A stretch of 44,402 bases of DNA from Mycobacteriales bacterium. Its GTDB lineage: Bacteria; Actinomycetota; Actinomycetes; JAFAQI01. Numbering within the stretch: position 1 is the stretch's first letter; each line of letters starts with the position of its first letter. The stretch spans positions 1 to 44,402 of the forward strand of contig DATBDO010000017.1 in NCBI GenBank assembly GCA_036269855.1. The letters are read 5' to 3'. A model generated the notes under the pieces. It saw nothing but the letters and a program-made list of their open reading frames with translations. It searched no databases and was not told the origin of the DNA. The translations under genes were made by a program, and so were the position numbers. Shown here one piece after another: positions 38,696 through 44,402 of the stretch.

Positions 38696-40002
38696 GCGTG
38701 CTCGTTGTCGGCCTGTCTCATCGATCGGCGCCAGTGACCTTGCTCGAGGCCACCGCGCTCCCGGACGACGCGCAGGCCAAGCTCGTCGCGGACGCGCTCG
38801 CCGCCGAACATGTCGATGAGGCGATCGTGCTCGCGACCTGCAACCGACTCGAGGTCTACGCCGACGTCCGCAAGTTCCACGGCGGCGTGCAGGACGTGAC
38901 CGAGCGCATCGTGGAAAGCACCGGTGTCTCACTCGATGAGCTCACCGGTCATCTCTATGTGCACTACGAGGACCGCGCGGTGCAGCACTTGTTCGAGGTC
39001 GCCGCCGGGCTCGACTCGATGGTGGTCGGCGAGCACCAGATCCTCGGACAGTTGCGGGACGCGGCTCAGGTCGCCCGCGAGGACGCGGCGGTCGGCCGCG
39101 CACTCGGGCCACTCGTCGAGCATGCCTTGCACGCGGGCAAGAGGGTCCACGCCGAGACCGGCATCGACCAGGCCGGCCGCTCCTTGGTCAGTGTCGGCCT
39201 GGATCTCGCTGAGCAGACCCTCGGCGGCCTGCATGGACGCAACGCGGTTGTCGTCGGGGCGGGCTCGATGAGCGCGTTGGCCGGCGCCACCCTGCGCCGG
39301 CGCGGAGTCGGGTCCATCGCCATCGTCAACCGGACGCCGTCGCGGGCGGAGCGGTTGGCTGCGTCTCTTGACGGCGTTGCCGGACACTCCGCCGAGTTGC
39401 CGTCCTACCTCGCCGACGCCGACCTCGTCGTGTCGTGCACCGGCGCGGTGGGCACCGTCGTGTCGGCTGAGGCCGTGCGAGACGCCATGAGCCGACGGCC
39501 GGACCGGCCGCTGTTCGTACTCGACCTGGCACTGCCGCGCGACGTCGAGCCGGCGGTGCGCGAGGTGCCCGCAGTCACAGTCATCGACCTGGAGTCGTTG
39601 CGGTCGGTGCTCGAGAACGACGCCGTCGCCGCCGATGTCGAGGCGTCCAAGCGCATCGTCACCGACGAAGTCGCCGCATTCCTCACCAAGCAGCGGTCCG
39701 AACGCGTCGCACCGACGGTCGCCGCGTTGCGTGCTCGCGCGCAGCAGGTCGTCGACATGGAGCTGCAACGACTCCGCAGTCGGCTGCCAGAGCTCGCCGA
39801 GCGGGACCAACACGAGATTGCCATCGCGGTGGAGCGGGTCGTCGACAAGTTGCTGCACGCACCGACCGTCCGCGTCAAGGAGATGGCCGGTTCACCCGGC
39901 GGTGACTCCTACGCCGACGTGCTGCGCGAGCTGTTCGCCCTCGACCCGGCGGCGACCGAAGCCGTGGCGCGAGCCGACGTCGTGGTCGAGGATCGGCAAT
40001 GA
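38692..40002 (+). CDS. hemA: Glutamyl-tRNA reductase
   Basis: 436 aa. GTGA overlap with rex. VVGLSHRSAPV, catalytic Cys context LATCNRLEVY, NADPH site VVGAGSMSAL. Confidence 0.95.
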   Translation: MSVLVVGLSHRSAPVTLLEATALPDDAQAKLVADALAAEHVDEAIVLATCNRLEVYADVRKFHGGVQDVTERIVESTGVSLDELTGHLYVHYEDRAVQHLFEVAAGLDSMVVGEHQILGQLRDAAQVAREDAAVGRALGPLVEHALHAGKRVHAETGIDQAGRSLVSVGLDLAEQTLGGLHGRNAVVVGAGSMSALAGATLRRRGVGSIAIVNRTPSRAERLAASLDGVAGHSAELPSYLADADLVVSCTGAVGTVVSAEAVRDAMSRRPDRPLFVLDLALPRDVEPAVREVPAVTVIDLESLRSVLENDAVAADVEASKRIVTDEVAAFLTKQRSERVAPTVAALRARAQQVVDMELQRLRSRLPELAERDQHEIAIAVERVVDKLLHAPTVRVKEMAGSPGGDSYADVLRELFALDPAATEAVARADVVVEDRQ

Positions 40003-40940
40003 CGGCGACGGTCCAGGCACCAACTCTGCGGCTCGGCACGCGCCGGTCGGCGCTCGCGCTGGCCCAGGCCGGATCGGTCGCCGACGCGTTGCGGGCCGAC
40101 GGGCACGATGTCCGGCTGGTCGAGGTAGTGACCGAAGGCGACCGTTCCGCTGAAGCCCTGACCACCCTCGGCGGCACCGGCGTGTTCGTCGCCGAGCTCC
40201 GGCAGCGCCTTCTCGCCGGCGACATCGACCTCGCAGTTCACTCGCTCAAGGACCTTCCGACCGCTCCAGCCCCCGGGCTCGTCGTGGCGGCGATCCCGCC
40301 GCGTGCGGACCCCCGCGATGCGCTGGTCTCGCGGGACGGTCTCGCCCTGGCCGAGCTGCCGGCGGGCGCCGTGGTGGGCACCGGCTCACCACGACGGGCG
40401 GCGCAGCTGCACGCGACGGGACTCGGACTGTCCGTCGTACCGATCCGAGGCAATGTCGACACCCGCCTGCGAAAGGTCGCCGACGGCGAGGTGGACGCGG
40501 TCGTCGTGGCGGCGGCCGGGTTGGTGCGGCTCGGCCGGCTCGACGACGCGTCCGAAGTCCTGGACCCGGCCCAGATGCTGCCCGCGCCCGGGCAGGGCGC
40601 GTTGGCAGTCGAGTGCCGCTCCGGCGACGACTCACTCCGCACCATCCTCGTCACGGCGCTCGACGACGACGCGACGCGAGCGGCAGCGACCGCCGAGCGG
40701 ATCGTCCTGGCCCGCCTCGAGGCCGGGTGCAGCGCGCCGGTGGGCGCGCTTGCCGACATCGGGGACGGGGATGAAGGTCTGGAGATCTACCTCCGCGCTG
40801 CCGTCGTTGCTGTCGACGGCAGCCGGGCCCTTCGGTTGTCCATAACCGGGCCCGTCGCGCAGAGCGACGAGCTCGCCATCCGTCTAGCCGCGCAGATGCT
40901 CGAAGAGGGCGCGGCGGACCTGATCGGGGAGAACCCGTGA
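39999..40940 (+). CDS. hemC: Hydroxymethylbilane synthase (porphobilinogen deaminase)
   Basis: 313 aa. ATGA overlap with hemA. LRLGTRRSALALAQA, GGTGVFV, AVHSLKDLP, RGNVDTRL, and cofactor Cys in LEAGCSAPVGA. Confidence 0.95.
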   Translation: MTATVQAPTLRLGTRRSALALAQAGSVADALRADGHDVRLVEVVTEGDRSAEALTTLGGTGVFVAELRQRLLAGDIDLAVHSLKDLPTAPAPGLVVAAIPPRADPRDALVSRDGLALAELPAGAVVGTGSPRRAAQLHATGLGLSVVPIRGNVDTRLRKVADGEVDAVVVAAAGLVRLGRLDDASEVLDPAQMLPAPGQGALAVECRSGDDSLRTILVTALDDDATRAAATAERIVLARLEAGCSAPVGALADIGDGDEGLEIYLRAAVVAVDGSRALRLSITGPVAQSDELAIRLAAQMLEEGAADLIGENP

Positions 40941-42520
40941 CCACCTCACGCACAAAGAAGAAGCTCGGCACCGTCACGTTCGTGGGCGGCGGGCCTGGCG
41001 ATCCGGGCCTGCTGACACTGCGCGCCGCGGAAGCCCTCGCTGATGCCGACGTCCTCGTCGTCGAACGCCGACTGCGCGAGGCCGCGGTCGCCCATTGCCG
41101 CGACGACGTCGAGCTCGTTGACCCGACCCGGATGGAGCCGGCGGAGCGCGGCAAGGCCCTCGTGACTCCCGCCAAGGAAGGCCGCCGCGTCGTGCGCTTC
41201 CTCGACGGCGACGGCACGCTCTTTGCCGGCCTGGCCGAGGAGGCCGAGGCGTGTGCCAAGGCCAAGCTGACGATCGAGCTGGTTCCCGGCGTTCCCGCGG
41301 CGTCGGCGATCCCCGCCTACGCAGGCATCCCGGTCACCGACAAGAAGGCGCACGCGGTGCACATCGTCGACGCCGGCTCGGACGCGCCGGAGCCCGACTG
41401 GGCGTCGCTGGCATCGACCCACGGAACCCTCGTTCTGTTGCGATGCGCCAAGTCGATCGGCAAGGTTGCCGCCTCCTTGGTCGAGCACGGTCGTCGTGGT
41501 GACACGCTGATCGCCCTGACTGCCGATGGTGCGACGCGGCAGCAGCACACGATCGTCTCGACGCTCGACGCCGTCGAAAAGGACGCGAGCGGCATTGCGC
41601 CTACCGCAGTCGCCGTCGTCGGCGACGTCGTGCGTCTTCGCGACCGGTTGTCTTGGTGGGAGACAAAGCCGCTGTTCGGCTGGCGCGTGCTCGTGCCGCG
41701 TACGAAGGAACAAGCGGCGGCGCTGTCCGATCAGCTGGTCTCCTACGGTGCGGTGCCGGTCGAGGTCCCGACCATCGCGGTCGAGCCGCCCCGGACGCCA
41801 CAGGCGATGGACCGCGCGATCCGAGGCCTGGTGAGCGGCCGCTACGCATGGGTGGCATTCACGTCCACCAATGCGGTGCGCGCGGTGCGCGAGAAGATCG
41901 AGGAGCTCGGTCTCGACGCGCGCGCTCTCGCCGGCGTCAAGGTGGCATGCGTCGGTGAGCAGACGGCGGAGGCCGTTCGCGCGTGGGGGATCACCCCGGA
42001 GCTGGTTCCGACCGGGCAGCAGTCCAGCGAGGGACTACTCGCCGACTGGCCGAGTTATGACGACGTCTACGACGCCCTCGACCGGGTGTTCCTGCCTCGC
42101 GCCGACATCGCCACCGAGACGCTCGTAGCCGGGCTGGGTGAGCGGGGTTGGCAGGTGGACGACGTGACCGCCTATCGCACCGTCCGGGCCGCGCCGCCGC
42201 CCGCTGACATTCGCGAAGCCATCAAGACCGGCGGCTTCGACGCGGTGCTCTTCACCTCGTCGTCGACCGTTCGCAACCTGGTCGGGATTGCCGGCAAGCC
42301 GCACGCGTCGTCGATCATCGCCGTGATCGGTCCGCAGACGGCCGCGACGGCAGAGGAGCTCGGGCTGCGCGTCGATGTGACCGCGCCCAAGCCGTCTGCC
42401 TCGTTGCTCGCCGAGGCGCTGGCCGACTTCGGCCGCAGCCGACGCGAAGCCGACGACCCGCTGCCGCCCGGAAAGGCCAACCGCGCCAAGGCGACGAGCC
42501 GGCTCAAGAAGACCAAGTGA
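40937..42520 (+). CDS. hemD: Bifunctional uroporphyrinogen-III C-methyltransferase / uroporphyrinogen-III synthase
   Basis: 527 aa. GTGA overlap with hemC. N-terminal SUMT/CobA fold (TFVGGGPGDPGLLTLRA, VRFLDGDG, VPGVPAASA). C-terminal HemD fold (VLVPRTKEQA...FTSTNAVRAV...FTSSSTVRNL). Confidence 0.9.
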   Translation: MTTSRTKKKLGTVTFVGGGPGDPGLLTLRAAEALADADVLVVERRLREAAVAHCRDDVELVDPTRMEPAERGKALVTPAKEGRRVVRFLDGDGTLFAGLAEEAEACAKAKLTIELVPGVPAASAIPAYAGIPVTDKKAHAVHIVDAGSDAPEPDWASLASTHGTLVLLRCAKSIGKVAASLVEHGRRGDTLIALTADGATRQQHTIVSTLDAVEKDASGIAPTAVAVVGDVVRLRDRLSWWETKPLFGWRVLVPRTKEQAAALSDQLVSYGAVPVEVPTIAVEPPRTPQAMDRAIRGLVSGRYAWVAFTSTNAVRAVREKIEELGLDARALAGVKVACVGEQTAEAVRAWGITPELVPTGQQSSEGLLADWPSYDDVYDALDRVFLPRADIATETLVAGLGERGWQVDDVTAYRTVRAAPPPADIREAIKTGGFDAVLFTSSSTVRNLVGIAGKPHASSIIAVIGPQTAATAEELGLRVDVTAPKPSASLLAEALADFGRSRREADDPLPPGKANRAKATSRLKKTK

Positions 42521-43503
42521 CCGAGCCCGGCCCGCTGCGCGTTCGGCCCCGGCGGCTGCGCCGGACGCCTGCCGTGCGCCGGCTGGTCGCGGACGTGCGG
42601 CTGTCACCGGCTGACCTCGTGCTGCCGCTGTTCGTCAAGGAAGGCATCGACGCTCCGGCGCCGGTCTCGTCGATGCCGGGCGTCGTTCAGCACACGCGAG
42701 ACTCGCTGCGCAAAGCCGTGGCCGAGGCGGTCGATGCCGGTGTCGGCGGCTTGGTGCTGTTCGGCATCCCGGCCGTGAAGGACGCGGTCGGCTCGGGTGC
42801 CGACGACCCGGCCGGCATCGTGCAGCTTGCGCTGCACGACGCCATTGCCGAGGTGGGCGATGCGGCCGTCGTGATGGCTGATCTTTGCCTCGACGAATAC
42901 ACCGATCACGGTCACTGCGGAGTGCTGACCGGCTCCGGTGAGGTCGACAACGACGCGACGCTGCGGCGCTATGCATCCATTGCTGTTGCACAAGCCGCAG
43001 CCGGAGCCCAGCTGGTCGCGCCGAGCGGCATGATGGACGGCCAGGTCGCAGCGATCCGGACTGCGCTCGACGGCGCCGGTTTCGGCGACGTGGGGATCAT
43101 GGCTTACAGCGCGAAGTACGCCAGCGCGTTCTACGGGCCATTCCGCGATGCGGCCGAGTGTGCACCGCAGTTCGGCGATCGGGCGTCGTACCAGCAGGAT
43201 CCGGCCCGTTCGTCCGACGAGGCCGTCCGCGAGGCACGGCTCGACGTGGACGAGGGTGCCGACATCGTGATGGTCAAGCCGGCGGTGGGTTATCTCGACG
43301 TCGTGAGCCGGGTGGCCGATGCGGTCGACGTGCCGGTGGCGGCCTACTCGGTGTCGGGGGAGTATGCGATGGTCGAGGCGGCGGCTGCCAACGGCTGGCT
43401 CGATCGAGACCGCACCGTGCTCGAGCTGCTGACGTCGATCAAACGGGCCGGGGCCGACATCGTTCTGACCTATTGGGCGACGGAGTTCGCCCGCCGGCTC
43501 TGA
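42517..43503 (+). CDS. hemB: Porphobilinogen synthase (delta-aminolevulinic acid dehydratase)
   Basis: 328 aa. GTGA overlap with hemD. RPRRLRRTPAVRRLV, PLFVKEG, DLCLDEYTDHGHCG, active-site Lys contexts (MAYSAKYAS, IVMVKPA), YSVSGEYAM. Confidence 0.95.
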   Translation: MTEPGPLRVRPRRLRRTPAVRRLVADVRLSPADLVLPLFVKEGIDAPAPVSSMPGVVQHTRDSLRKAVAEAVDAGVGGLVLFGIPAVKDAVGSGADDPAGIVQLALHDAIAEVGDAAVVMADLCLDEYTDHGHCGVLTGSGEVDNDATLRRYASIAVAQAAAGAQLVAPSGMMDGQVAAIRTALDGAGFGDVGIMAYSAKYASAFYGPFRDAAECAPQFGDRASYQQDPARSSDEAVREARLDVDEGADIVMVKPAVGYLDVVSRVADAVDVPVAAYSVSGEYAMVEAAAANGWLDRDRTVLELLTSIKRAGADIVLTYWATEFARRL

Positions 43504-44024
43504 CCATCCGCATCGCGACCGCCGACGACGTGCCGGCGATCGTCGAGTTGGTCGAGTCGGCGTATCGGGGGGACGCGAGCCGGGTCGGCTGGACGACGGA
43601 GGCTGACCTTCTCGACGGCCAGCGGACGGACGCCGAGGCGGTGGCGGAGACAGTTGCCGCAGAGTCGTCGGTCGTGCTGGTGGACGTCGACGAGAGTGGC
43701 GTGCTGGTCGGCTGCTGCCAGCTCGATCGGGCCGACGACGGCGTCGCGCATTTCGGAATGTTCGCGGTCCGCCCCGGCCGCCAGGGCGGCGGAGTCGGGC
43801 GTGAACTGCTCGCTGCCGCGGAGCGGCACGCGCACTCGGCCTTCGGTGCCGGGGCGGTCGAGATGACGGTCATCGCACAACGCGGCGAGCTGATCACGTG
43901 GTACGAACGGCGCGGTTATCGACAGACCGGGGCGACGCGGCCGTTCCCGTACGGCGACGAGCGCTTCGGCATCCCACGCCGGGACGATCTGCATTTCGTG
44001 GTGTTGTCGAAGCCGCTGACTTAG
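43473..44024 (+). CDS. GNAT family N-acetyltransferase (start codon uncertain)
   Basis: IRIATADDVPAIVELVESAY...FAVRPGRQGGGVGRELL (Q/R-x-x-G-x-G/A acetyl-CoA loop). There is no ATG/GTG between the hemB stop and the conserved core. The nearest in-frame starts are TTG 43473 (overlapping hemB by 31 nt) and CTG 43500. Confidence 0.8.
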   Translation: MGDGVRPPALTIRIATADDVPAIVELVESAYRGDASRVGWTTEADLLDGQRTDAEAVAETVAAESSVVLVDVDESGVLVGCCQLDRADDGVAHFGMFAVRPGRQGGGVGRELLAAAERHAHSAFGAGAVEMTVIAQRGELITWYERRGYRQTGATRPFPYGDERFGIPRRDDLHFVVLSKPLT

Positions 44025-44402
44025 CGCGACTCCTGTTCCAGCTGTGCGACGGCATGGGCGGCGGCTTGTCCTATGGCGGTGTTGATCTGCGCGGGCGCCG
44101 CTGAGTGGGAGATGCGGCGGGTGAAGACTGCGGCGAAAAACCGGCGGCCATTTCCGTAGTCGATCACCCCTACTTCGTTGCGCACCAGGCCGACCAAACC
44201 GCCACTTTTTGCGGCGACCCGCGCCGGTGGAGGGAAGGCGGCTGCGAGGCGGTCGCGGGTGACTTGTTGAGCCATGAGTCCCCGAAGTCTCCGACATGCA
44301 TCCGCCGGAGCCGCCTGACCGGCCCAGATCGCTCGCAACAGGCGACACATGTCGCGGGCCGTCGTCCGGGTTGCTGTCGTCGGCGTCAGGGCCGCGGAAG
44401 TG
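44021..44402 (-). CDS. Serine hydrolase / class A beta-lactamase-related protein, C-terminal part (5' end outside window)
   Basis: The frame is open to the window edge. ...TTARDMCRLLRAIWAG...RLRGLMAQQ...VAAKSGGLVGLVRNEVGVIDYGNGRRFFAAVFT (K-S/T-G triad context). Stop TAA 44023-44021 overlaps the GNAT stop (TTAG). Confidence 0.7.
   Translation of the reverse strand, partial: TSAALTPTTATRTTARDMCRLLRAIWAGQAAPADACRRLRGLMAQQVTRDRLAAAFPPPARVAAKSGGLVGLVRNEVGVIDYGNGRRFFAAVFTRRISHSAAPAQINTAIGQAAAHAVAQLEQESR

Overview
High-GC actinobacterial chromosomal core segment, densely coded on both strands (about 45 genes, many with 1-8 nt start/stop overlaps). I found no rRNA, tRNA, CRISPR, IS or prophage signals. 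LEFT (1-16.4 kb): the mycobacterial-type neighbourhood lysS / lsr2-clpC1 / mutY / disA-radA. It is interrupted by a roughly 1190-codon zinc-ribbon + class III cyclase + STAND ATPase + TPR gene inserted antiparallel between lysS and lsr2, and by an orphan cheB-cheR(TPR) pair with no MCP/cheA/cheW in view. MIDDLE (16.4-26 kb): sugar-phosphate isomerase-like gene, proline dehydrogenase, proC, a blue-copper cupredoxin, an HDAC/AcuC-like gene, and an excisionase-type HTH. These are followed by ribosomal protein bS22 (33 codons, absent from the ORF track), a DUF62 SAM-hydrolase-like gene, an epimerase, a PlsC-type acyltransferase and a HAD-IB hydrolase. RIGHT (26-44.4 kb): a cell-envelope module reading LPXTG surface protein <- anti-sigma <- 44-codon ORF <- ECF sigma with an approximately 100-aa N-terminal extension. 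A class A PBP is divergent from it, and a CAP-domain secreted protein sits behind a roughly 250-nt hairpin-rich leader. Then come an acyl-CoA synthetase coupled to a glutaredoxin-like gene, DUF349, a GH5 glycosidase, and a fully translationally coupled rex-hemA-hemC-hemD(cobA)-hemB operon with a near-consensus Rex operator over its -35. A GNAT and a truncated serine-hydrolase gene close the window. Most worth a second look: (1) the small ORF chained by ATGA/TTGA overlaps between sigma and anti-sigma; (2) the pro-sigma-like ECF factor with the adjacent family-less LPXTG protein; (3) the orphan CheB/CheR-TPR pair; (4) the structured leader of the CAP gene. All family calls come from motif reading by eye, and none is database-verified.
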